A stretch of 64,000 bases of DNA. It comes from Eledone cirrhosa. Taxonomy: Eukaryota. Made by a program: the position numbers and the translations under genes. The DNA lies in the NCBI GenBank assembly GCA_964016885.1, contig OZ024764.1:2976001-3040000 (forward strand), in the 5' to 3' direction. Of the stretch, positions 52,704 to 64,000 are shown one piece after another. How positions within the stretch are numbered: position 1 is the first letter of the stretch; every line of letters begins with the position of its first letter. Under the pieces are notes generated by a model. That model did no database searches. It saw nothing but the letters and a program-made list of their open reading frames with translations, and was not told the origin of the DNA.

Positions 52704-53905
52704 TTTATATTTATATATATATATATATATTTATTAAAATAACAGATTAAAGTTTGAGCAAAGAATCGCTGCTTTCACCCTTTATATATATATATATTTA
52801 TATATCATCATCATCATTTTACGTCCGCTTTTCCCTGCTTGCAAGGGTGGGACGGGAACTGATTCTGGCTTGATTTCTACAGCTGGATGCCCTTCCTAAC
52901 ACCAACCTCATTTACAGTGAGTGCTGGGTGCTTTTTTGTCGTGGCACCTCCACGACCACTTTGCAGTGGAATGATATGGACCCCAGTCCCTATCATCTCA
53001 TTTCTACAGCTGAGTAAACTGGAGCAACGTGAAATAAAGTGTCTTGCTCAAGGAAACAACACATCACCACATCACCATATATATATATATATATAGCTGT
53101 GGAGGCACATGGCTTAGTGGTTAGGGCATTGGCCTTGCAATCGAAAGGTTGTGAGTTCAATTCTCAGACCGGGTGATGTGTTGTTGCAAGACACTTTATT
53201 TCACATTGCTCCAGTTTACTCAGCTGTAGAAATGAGATGATAGGGACTGGGGTCCCTATCATTCCACTGCAAAGTGGTCATGGAGGTGCCACGGCAAAAA
53301 AGCACCCAGCACTCACTGTAAATGAGGTTGGTGTTAGGAAGGGCATCCAGCTGTAGAAATCAAGCCAGATTCAGTTCCCGTCCCACCCTTGCAAGCAGGG
53401 AAAAGGGGACGTAAAATGATGATGATGATGATAAATATCATCATCATCATCATCACCGTTTTATGTCCATGCTTCCACGCTGGCATGGGTTAGATGGTTT
53501 GCTTGATTTCTACAGCTGGATGCCCTTCCTAACACCAACCTCATTTACAGTGTTGACTGGGTGCTTTTTTGCAGTGGGAGGGGATGTGGGGATATTGTCT
53601 ATATGCTTCAGCTTCGGCTTGTACCCGTGGGATGGATATTTATATATATATAATATATATATCCGTAGAGCAAAGTATCATCTTCCTGTTTTCTTTCAGT
53701 TGTAACATTTTCTGAAATATTTACTCCTGTGTCCACAGATTGATTTTTTTTTTAGTTTCAGAAGATCCCGTTAAGGGTGAAAGCAGTGATTCTTTAGTTA
53801 AACTTTAATCTGTTCTTATAATAAATATTTTCTCTACGGGTTTATATATACATATATATAATCCTTATTGAGCCCTCTCTGGATTTTAGTCTTCACATTT
53901 ATTAT

Positions 53906-53961
<56 letters not shown>

Positions 53962-54810
53962 TCATCATCATCATCATCATCATCAGGTTTAGCGTCCGTG
54001 TTCCACGCTTGCATGGGTTTGGACGGGGGTTTTCCCACTTGAGGCAAGAGTGGTTGTCTTGCTCGCATAGGACTGTCTGGCGGGTTTTCTACAGTTGAAT
54101 GCCCTTCCTAACACCAACCACATTTACAGTGTGGGACTGGGAGGTTTTTACCGTGTTGCCTACACGGCCACATTACAGCGTGGACTGTCTGGCGGGTTTT
54201 CTACAGTTGGATGCCCTTCCTAACACCAACCACATTTACAGTGTGGGACTGGGAGGTTTTTACCGTGTTGCCTACACGGCCACATTACAGCGTGGACTGT
54301 CTGGCGGGTTTTCTACAGTTGGATGCCCTTCCTAACACCAACCACATTTACAGTGTGGGGCTGGGAGGTTTTTACCGTGTTGCCTACACGGCCACATTAC
54401 AGCGTGGACTGTCTGGCGGGTTTTCTACAGCTGGATGCCCTTCCTAACACCAACCACATTTACAGTGTGGGGCTGGGAGGTTTTTACCGTGTTGCCTACA
54501 CGGCCACATTTACAGCGTGGACTGTGTGTTTTTTTGTCGTGACACCTACACGATCTCATTTGTTTCGGCCTGGATGTTGTGGGACCAACATAACTTTACA
54601 TTGAAAGGGGCGGTGTGGATGGGGTGGAGGTGGTGGGACGAGGGGGTGTTTTGATAGAGATGCCTACTGACTGTAGTAGGTTTTTACTTTGTTGATAGAG
54701 ATGCCTACTACTATATATATGTAGGAGGTGAGTTTTATTGTAGTACAATAAAGCAATGCAGATATCGGATAAGTAGCACTCTACAGTTTGTAGGACTGGA
54801 GTATAAATAA

Positions 54811-54857
<47 letters not shown>

Positions 54858-55774
54858 CATAAGGCGGTGGATTGACAGTATTGGTAGAGGGTTGGACGCC
54901 ATGCTTTTACGCAGAGTTACGGCCCTTGCCATTCTGAGTTCAAATCCCGCCGGGGTTAACTTTGCCTTTCATCCTTACGGGGTCGATAAAATAAAGTACC
55001 AGTAATACACTGGGTAATTGCTGGCCTCGTGCCAATAGTAGAAACAACTATATATATATATATTTATATATATATTAGCCCCACACTGTAAATGTGGTTG
55101 GTGTTAGGAAGGGCATCCAGCTGTAGAAAACCCGCCACACAGTCCACGCTGTAATGTGGCCGTGTAGGTAACACGGTAAAAACCTCCCAGCCCCACACTG
55201 TAAATGTGGTTGGTGTTAGGAAGGGCATCCAGCTGTAGAAAACCCGCCACACAGTCCACGCTGTAATGTGGCCGTGTAGGTAACACGGTAAAAACCTCCC
55301 AGCCCCACACTGTAAATGTGGTTGGTGTTAGGAAGGGCATCCAGCCGTAGAAAACACGCCACACAGTCCACGCTGTAATGTGGCCGTGTAGGTAACACGG
55401 TAAAAACCTCCCAGCCCCACACTGTAAATGTGGTTGGTGTTAGGAAGGGCATCCAGCTGTAGAAAACCCGCCAGACAGTCCTATGCGAGCAAGACAATCA
55501 CTCTTGCTTCAAGTGGGAAATACCCCCGTCCAAACCCATGCAAGCGTGGAACAGGGACGTTAAACGTTGATGATGATGATATATATATATATATATATAG
55601 AGAGTAAAAATGAGGTTGGTGTTAGGAAGGGCATCCAGCTGTAGAAATCAAGCCAGAATCAGTTCTTGTATGAGCAAGACAAGGTCAGCCGACTGGACAC
55701 TGCTGACAACAGGACAACCCGTCTAACCCATGCTAGCGTGGAAGAACGGATGTAAAATGATGATGGTGATGATG

Positions 55775-55821
<47 letters not shown>

Positions 55822-56047
55822 TGTGTCGACACAGAGACCATGATCAATTCTAAAATACTCCATAAATATGTGTTTTGTTTATTTTGTTTTCTCATAATGT
55901 GATATTCTAGATTGTTGGATCAGGACCTTCCTGAACCATTGTTGTGTGGGTACAGAGGAGGTTACACTGCGTCTGGGTATATTACTGGTACTGATGTGTG
56001 TGTGTACGTATGAGGTGCCTATTGTGAATGTGTGTTGTTTATTTATT

Positions 56048-56078
<31 letters not shown>

Positions 56079-56126
56079 CTATAGCAATAACTTAAAATAA
56101 GATGCTCGTTTTACATAAACCGTTTA

Positions 56127-56217
56127 TTCATTATAATTATTTCAATGGTTCCCTAATGCAACCCAAGATGTAATTTATGCATTTGTTGTTGCTGTGGGAA
56201 CGGTATCTTCAGATGAA
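56127..56217 (-). ncRNA. Hammerhead motif with long stem II. Truncated relative near 8160-8232
   Basis: Reverse complement: TTCAT-CTGAAGA-TACCGTTCCC...GGGAACCATT-GAAA-TAATTA-TA-ATGAA. The partial inverted arm at 56287-56345 has only the 3' half. Confidence 0.65.
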
Positions 56218-56707
56218 AAATCTGATTTTGTTATATGTCGCAAGCAACATAAACCTCATCCTTCTTCTCAAATGCTGGCAGACATAATTGAAATAATTAT
56301 AATGAATAAATGATTTATGTAATATCTGCATCTTTTTAAATGTTATTCTAATACTGATTCTCCATCGTAACTACACACGACGTAGAGAGCTTTCCCCTGC
56401 TTACTCCTCTTTTTACCAAAACAACTTTTACTGAACACATCTAACCCATGCTAGCGTGGAAGATAGACGTTAAACGATGATGATGATACTTACACATATA
56501 TATATATATATATTTATATCAACATTTGATCGACTTTTGTCAAATCGGACCAAGGAAACAATGTTCCCATTGATCTTTCCAATTGCTAATACTATCTATT
56601 GGTCGCAACTCCAGGTAGAAGGAGCAACGTGAAATAAAGTGTCTTGCTCAAGGACATCTAAACAATTGTTAAAACAGCGAGGATCAGCTGCAAAGTGTAA
56701 ACAAATT

Positions 56708-57935
56708 GGTGTAGGTGGTGTCAGATGTACAATAACATGTGGTGGAGGAGGTGAGACAGGAGTTTCTGACAGTAATGTGTACCATATAGGTGGTGTCAGA
56801 TGTACAATAACATGTGGTGGAGGAGAGACAGGAGTTTCTGACAGTAATGTGTACCATATAGGAGGTGCCAGATGTACAATAACATGTGGTGGAGGTGAGA
56901 CAGGAGTTTCTGACAGTAATGTCTACCATATAGGAGTTGCCAGATGTACAATAACATGTGGTGGAGGAAGTGAGACGGGAGTTTCTGACAGTAATGTGTA
57001 CCATGTGGTGGAGGAGGTGAGACAGGAGTTTTTCACAGTAATGTGTACTAAAGTTACCTTGGTGTAGGTGGTGTCAGATGTACAATAACATGTCGTGGAG
57101 GAGGTGAGACAGGAGTTTCTGACAGTAATGTCTACCATATAGGTGGTGTCAGATGTACAATAACATGTGGTGGAGGAAGTGAGACAGGGGTTTCTGACAG
57201 TAATGTGTACCATATAGGTGGTGTCAGATGTACAATAACTTGTGGTGGAGGTGGTGAGACAGGGGTTTCTGATAGTAATGTCTACCATATAGGAGGTGCC
57301 AGATGTACAATAACATGTGTGGTGGAGGAGGTGAGACAGGAGTTTCTGACAGTAATGTCTACTATATAGGTGGTGTCAGATGTACAATAACATGTGGTGG
57401 AGGAGGTGAGACAGGAGTTTCTGATAGTAATGTCTACCATATAGGAGGTGCCAGATGTACAATAACATGTGGTGGAGGAGGTGAGACAGGAGTTTCTGAC
57501 AGTAATGTCTACTATATAGGTGGTGTCAGATGTACAATAACATGTGGTGGAGGAGGTGAGACAGGAGTTTCTGACAGTAATGTCTACCATATAGGTGGTG
57601 CCAGATGTACAATAACATGTGGTGGAGGAGGTGAGACAGTAATGTCTACCATACAGGTGGTGTCAGATATACAATAACATATGGTGGAGGAGGTGAGACA
57701 GGAGTTTCTGACAGTAATGTCTACCATACAGGTGGTGTCAGATATACAATAACATGTGGTGGAGGAGGTGAGACAGGAGCTTCTGACAGTAATGTATACC
57801 AAAGTTACCTTGGTGTAAAAGTAATACAGTAAAACCTGAAGTTTGCCCTCATTAAAATCATTTTCAAATTGCGCCCCTCCTCAAATATTCAAATGGTGCC
57901 CCTGTGGGGCGTGTACCCCTCGTTGGGAATCACTG
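56708..57935. repeat. 75-bp minisatellite (56708-57815) followed by a hAT-like terminus (gttgggaatcactg)
   Basis: About 14 units. The end's reverse complement CAGTGATTCCCAAC resembles hAT MITE TIRs, but the partner TIR was not found. Confidence 0.8.
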
Positions 57936-58601
57936 TCTTAGAGCAAACGTGTCGGGTAATGTCTAACATAGAGGTGTGCCTGGGTAGGAGCAAGTGGGTG
58001 GTGTCACTGTGGGAGTGCGCCTGGCCTTTGGGTGAGGGCCAGGGTTTGACGGGCAAAGTTTGGTGATGAGACGGAGAGGGAAGGGGTGCAAGTATTCATC
58101 GGGGAAGGTGAAATGGTTAAGGTCCGTCCTAGCCTTCCGTGCTAGCATGCGTTGGACGAGGAAGAATGGAGGCATGCGAGGACCTGAGAACTGTTGCACC
58201 ATCTCCCTATTTTTGGGGTTTTAGGGTTGGGTTGGGTTGGAAGGGGGTGTGGGGTGTACTATTTCTCTGTTTCATTGTTTGGAGTGGAGGGAGTGGGAAG
58301 GGGTGCTCATCCTTATGTTTGAAGGCTAATCCCCTTTTTAGGGAATCTCATATATATGTGTGTGTGTGTATATATATATGTGTGTGTATATATATATATG
58401 TGTGTGTGTGTATATATATATGTGTGTATGTATATATATATATATGTGTGTGTGTGTATATATATATATATGTGTGTGTATATATATATATATATGTTTG
58501 TATATATATATACACGTGTATGTATATATCTATATACACAGGTGTATATATATATATATGTTTGTATATATATATACACGTGTATGTATATATCTATATA
58601 C

Positions 58602-58632
<31 letters not shown>

Positions 58633-58838
58633 GATGTGTGTGTGTGTATATATATGGATGTGTGTGTGTGTATATATATATGTGTGTGTATGTGTGTGTA
58701 TATATATGTATGTGTGTGTGTATATATGTATATGTGTGTGTGTGTATATATATATGTGTGTGTGTGTATACATATATATACATGTTTATATCTATATACA
58801 TGTGTATGTATATATCTATATACACATGTGTATATATA

Positions 58839-58892
<54 letters not shown>

Positions 58893-59212
58893 TACAGCGA
58901 TTAATTTGTTTTGCAATGTTTTTGATATGAAATCCTGTGTTGAAACAAATATGGTTATACTTGGGGAGGGTCATATTGTAATAATATTGCCAGAAATAAT
59001 AACAGAACACACTCACTGTTTGGTTGGTTCTCACTTCTGTATCTTTTATATCTCCATAGTTAATTTATCTAGCAATCAATGTTTATCATTGACATTGACC
59101 AACAGTTAAAAATATAGATATAAACACATATATATATATATATACACGTTATTCCAGGTTGAGTCAGAGGTAACCACAGTAAGTAAGGTACTCAATACAT
59201 TGCAGAGTATAA

Positions 59213-59342
59213 AAGTTTTAATATAGATGAGATTCTACAGGACTAGAACTGTTTCATTCTTTAGAAATCATCAGGAATTCCTGATGATTTCTAAAGAATG
59301 AAACAGATCTAGTCCTGTAGAATCTCATCTATATTAAAACTT
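59213..59342. repeat. Loop-less palindrome centred on GAATTC with two back-to-back hammerhead cores
   Basis: tcatcag-gaattc-ctgatga-tttctaaagaat-gaaa-cagatctagtc. About 65-bp arms with one mismatch. Confidence 0.85.
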
Positions 59343-60261
59343 ATATATATATAGTCTGTTATAGTTCTTTTGTCACACACCTGTGACATCATCAGTGATA
59401 CTGTTATGTTTCCTCCCGTTGTATTGCTGTAATGTTTTCGTAATCTATTCTATTTTATTTATTTATTATTGTCTCTGTATGCTCCTAATAGTATCCGGAT
59501 GGTTGTTTATATATTGTCAAAGCTCTTTCGTCACACATTCTGTGACCTCCTCAGTGGCTAATTTGTTATTTTGTGCCTCTCCTTTGATCTGTCCTACACC
59601 ATCTTGTGACCAGTAGATAGTATCAGCAATGGAAACATTGTTTCCGTGCTCCGATTTGACGATTGCCACCCCAACTCGATATGCAATTGACATTTGGGAT
59701 CTTGTTGATTGAACTCTATCAGGGTCAATAACCCCTCTCCATGTCATAATTTCACCCCAACTGCCAGTTCTTTATTCGTTTTCGTTATTATAGCTATCAC
59801 TGTTCTCTTTCCCCCTTATCTTCTCCTTCACCATCCTCTCATGTAACCCATTCCCTTGTTATATGGTGACCTTTAGTCAAGTCCAGTCCAAGGCCCTCTC
59901 ACTTCCGTAGGAGGCAACCCTCCCTCGCTGACCTCCACCACTTTCTGTTTGGTTTTGATTATGTGGCCGTTCTCACCCCACTTGGCCAATCGTGGGTTGG
60001 TGAGTCTAACAGATAACTCCCAATATATATATATATATATATAAAGTACCCAGCCCACACTGTAAAGGTGGTTGGTGCTAGGAAGAGCATCCTGCCATAG
60101 AAAACCAGCCAGAAACTGTTCTGTGCGAGTGAAACAAGGTCACCTAACCCAACTTGCCTCTAAATGGGACCCGTCTAACCCATGCTAGCATGGAAAGATA
60201 GGCGTTAAATGATGATGATATATATTATTAAAAGATCAGAGGCCATATTCAGTTGATTCAG

Positions 60262-60835
60262 GTTTATTTAAAACTCCCATATACATATTTCACTGAGGAC
60301 TATCAGTTAAGACAGCCTGAGCTCTTCAGACGGCAAAACTGATAAAAACAATGGAAGTCACTGGAAGAAAACCCTTAAATTTTGAAAAATCCAATAAACT
60401 CTTTGAGTTTTTATAGGTTTTTCTGTTTGAAGAGCTCATCATCATCATCATACGTCTGCTTTTCCCTGCTTGCAAGGGTGGGACGGGAACTGATTCTGGT
60501 TTGATTTCTACAGCTGGGTGCTTTTTTGCAGTGGCGCCTACATGTCCACTTTACAGTGTAGGCTGGGTGCTTTTTTGCCGTGGCACCTCCACGTCCACTT
60601 TACAGTGGAATGATAGGGACCCAAGTCCCTATCATCTCATTTCTACAGCTGAGTAAACTGGAGCAATGTGAAATAAAGTGTCTTGCTCAAGGAAACAACA
60701 CATTACCCGGTCTGAGAATTGAACTCACAACCTTTCGATTGCAAAACCAATGCTCTAACCACTAAGCCATGTGCCTCCACCATCATAACTGATAGTCCTC
60801 AGTGGGATATGTATAATGGAGTTTTAAATAAACTC
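60262..60835. repeat. Palindromic hammerhead element whose + strand ribozyme is split by a SINE (60438-60779)
   Basis: Left arm reverse complement: CTGAAGA-GCTCAGG...CCTCAGT-GAAA-TATGTA. Right arm: TTGAAGAGCTCA[SINE]aactgatagtcctcagt-GGGA-tatgta. Confidence 0.75.
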
Positions 60836-60976
60836 TTATATTTTATAAATATAGAATGTTCTGGTTTGTACCAATTTATACAGGTTTATTTGTAGGGGTA
60901 GGGTTCTTTTTAACTGCTTCACAACCGACAGACCATAATGTGGTCCACGCATCCCTGTTCTGTTAACCCCATACTC

Positions 60977-61023
<47 letters not shown>

Positions 61024-62108
61024 ACATCATCATTATCGTTTAACATCCATCTTCCAGGCTAGCATGGGTTGGGCGAATTTGACCCACTTGAGGCAAGATT
61101 GGTCGGGAGACCGTGTCTCGCTCTTATAGAACTGTATCTGGCAGGTTTTCTACGGCTGGATGCCCTTCCTAACACCAACCACATTTACAGTGTGGGCTGG
61201 GAGCTTTTTTACCGAGTCTCCTACACGACTACTTTACAGAGAAGGCGTGGTGTGGGCGGAAGTGGGAGAATGGAGTAGGAGGTGTGGGGTTGGGTGTATA
61301 TTCGGTTAACAGGTGCCTACTGACTGTAGGTTTAACTTCGTATGTAAGGAAAGGCGGGTGTATATATATAAACTTAATGAAAATTTGACACCTCATCCAT
61401 ACTTATTATATATATAGGGCGGTGAATTGGCAGTATCGGTAGAGGGTTGGACGCTATGCTTTCTAGCATAGTTACGTCCCTTTATTATCTAAGTTCAAAT
61501 CCCGCCGAGGTTAACTTAAAGTACCAGTAATGTACTGGGTATTTGCTGGCCTTGTGCCAAAAGTAGAAACTATTATTATATATATATCCACACCACACCA
61601 CACCACACCCTCCCACTACAAAGTGGTCGTGGAGGTGCCATGGCAAAAAAGCACCCAGCCCACACTGTAAAGTGGACGTGTAGGCGCCACGGAAAAAGCA
61701 CCCAGCACTCACTGTAAATGAGGTTGGTGTTAGGAAGGGCATCCAGCTGTAGAAATCAAGCCAGATCAGTTCCTGTATGAGCCAGGCATGGTCAGCCGAC
61801 CAGACACTGCCCACAACAGGACAACCCGTCTAACCCATGCTAGCGTGGAAGAACGGACGTAAAACGGTGATGATGATGATGATATCCAACCTAGGGCCTT
61901 CTCACTCTTGTTGGGTGAACCCCTCCCTGGTAGATCTTCACTGCTTTCTGTTTGGTTATGTCTTCAGGGGTGTAGCCATACTCACTACAGATGGCCAATT
62001 GTGGGTTGGTGAGACTATTTAACCCATAGATGGGGTGGTTGGCTGTGAACTCTGAGGAGTTCATCGGCCCTTTTTAACAGCTTTTGTTTTTTGTGCTGCT
62101 AGGGTTCG

Positions 62109-62878
62109 ACTCATACTGATGTTAAGGTATTGTTCTCAAAATAAATAATACCTCACATAATATCTCACATAACATTTACATTACTCTATATATACTATTG
62201 TATTTTCACAGTAAAGGCTTTACCTCACATAATATCTCACATAACTTTTACATTACTCTCTATATACTATTGTATTGTCACAGTAAAGGCTTTACCTCAC
62301 ATAATATCTCACATAACATTTACATTACTCTCTATATGCTATTGTATTTTTACCGTAAAGGCTTTACCTCACATAATATCTCACATAACTTTTACATTAC
62401 TCTCTATATGCTATTGTATTTTTACCGTAAAGGCTTTACCTCACATAATATCTCACAACATTTACATTACTCTATATATACTATTGTATTTTCACAGTAA
62501 AGGCGTTACCTCACATAATATCTCACATCACATTTACATTACTCTATATATACTATTGTATTTTTACCGTAAAGGCTTTACCTCACATAATATCTCACAT
62601 AACATTTACATTACTCTATATATACTATTGTATTTTCACAGTAAAGGCTTTACCTCACATAATATCTCACATAACATTTACATTACTCTATATATACTAT
62701 TGTATTGTCACAGTAAAGGCTTTACCTCACATAATATCGACTCTATGAGAGTTTGATATTATCTATTTTGAGAACAGTACCTTAACATCAGTATGAGTGG
62801 TTGATTATATCCAATTTGAACAGAATTAGGTGAGAGAATGCTGGCTGGTTGTGGCTGGTTTAAATGCTAAAGAGTTAA
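62109..62878 (-). mobile_element. Second copy of the TTAA-terminated element with the 72-bp minisatellite (62150-62737)
   Basis: Ends tttaaatgctaaagagTTAA. Has a partial inverted subterminal arm at 62109-62149. The array is the reverse complement of 16750-18852. Confidence 0.7.
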
Positions 62879-64000
62879 TGACAGTGGTCCACATGTTTTT
62901 AAATAATATTTATTGGTAACCCCACAATCTCATTTTTAATTCTACATTATATATATATAGGAAAAAAAATGTACATATATATATATATGATAATTCCCAC
63001 TTTATAGAAGAGGGCTAAATGCATGTATACATACATGGATATATGTATATCTGTGGTTGGTGTTAGGAAGGGCATCCAGCTGTAAAATACCCAGCCAAAT
63101 TTATAGTCCTCACTGGAGCAAGGCGTGACATGGCCAACTCTGGCCAGACTTACCTGCAGGCATGGACAAGCCGTCATCATCTATGTTTAACGTCCATCTT
63201 CCATGCTAGCATGGGTTGGATGATTTTGCTAGCTGAATCACCCGGCGTTGCTGTTCTTATTTAGATTAGTAAACAATAAATATAAAGATATGTTTTTTTT
63301 TTCTCATAATTATTTCAAAATATCTATATTTTTATTTAAAAAATAGCAAAATTGCAATGATCATAGAATTTAGAAATGCAAAGCTGTCAATCCTGAAGCA
63401 CCTCAGGGTAAACAATATTCATTGTGTAATTTATTTGTTGGTGTCCAAATGAATAAATTGTTGCTGCTTCTAAATCACGAGCAACCAACATAGAGTTGAC
63501 CGTGGGAGAAACGTAGTAGAGAGATGAAGTCCAGCTACCTTGAGGCATTGACTCTGAGGTTTGTTAATGGAAATAACAAAACTTAGTTTGACTGGAAACT
63601 GAAGCCTCTTAAATTCAACCTCACATACACTCACACACATATACTTGTCAGTCACCACATATGTATATGTGTGTAGATGTTTGTTTAATTCTCTATGTAT
63701 CTGATTAAATATTTACGTGAAGATGTGTCTGTGTATGTAACTTACTAAGGCCTAACGTATGTAACAAACGCACACACACACATACACACTCATATACCAC
63801 ACTCATATACAAAATGCGACATCGTCACATACACTCTCACAAACACACACACGCACTCACAAACACATACACACACATATACAAAATGTGACGTCGTCAC
63901 ACACACTCACAAACACACATACACTCACACACAGACACACACACACTCACAAACGCATACACACTCATATACAAAATGTGACGTCATCGTGTTATAAAAT

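Noticed and set aside
53755-53800. Hammerhead-like cagaaga-tccc-gttaa-gggt-gaaa
   Set aside because: The core is mutated (CAGAAGA) and stems I and III are poor. It is at most a decayed relic and was not counted.
56639-57677. Gly/Cys-rich repeat ORFs (GGVRCTITCGGGGETGVSDSNVYHI)n resembling a thrombospondin-like motif
   Set aside because: It is a 75-bp minisatellite with a stop and a frame break, and has no splice support.
57963-58202. 79-aa GC-richer minus-strand ORF
   Set aside because: No recognisable motif or splice signals. Probably a repeat fragment.

Overview
AT-rich, microsatellite-dense animal genomic DNA. The SINE/LINE repertoire and (TA)n density suggest an octopod cephalopod, which is an inference. 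The only host coding sequence I can support is four + strand exons (3279-3364, 13133-13345, 21862-21931, 28341-28439) that splice in frame through canonical AG/GT sites. They encode the end of bromodomain 2, a linker and most of bromodomain 3 of polybromo-1 (PBRM1/BAF180). The rest is intron: a near full-length but frameshifted RTE-clade LINE with a C4HC3 PHD-type finger inside its RT, truncated RTE and RLE (R4/Dong-like) LINE pieces, about 17 copies of a tRNA-derived SINE with an RTE tail, a second SINE family, Helitron/Tigger/piggyBac/hAT-like non-autonomous elements, and about 10 minisatellite arrays, several amplified from LINE sequence. The most striking hidden layer is roughly 20 minimal hammerhead-ribozyme motifs (stem I-CUGANGA-stem II-GAAA-short, mostly palindromic stem III-NUH-stem I') from several sequence families. 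They sit mostly in small fold-back palindromes next to (TA)n tracts, consistent with Penelope-like element/retrozyme relics. Core-intact ribozymes without an intact mirror copy are mostly antisense to PBRM1. Nearly all long ORFs in the supplied track are repeat artefacts.
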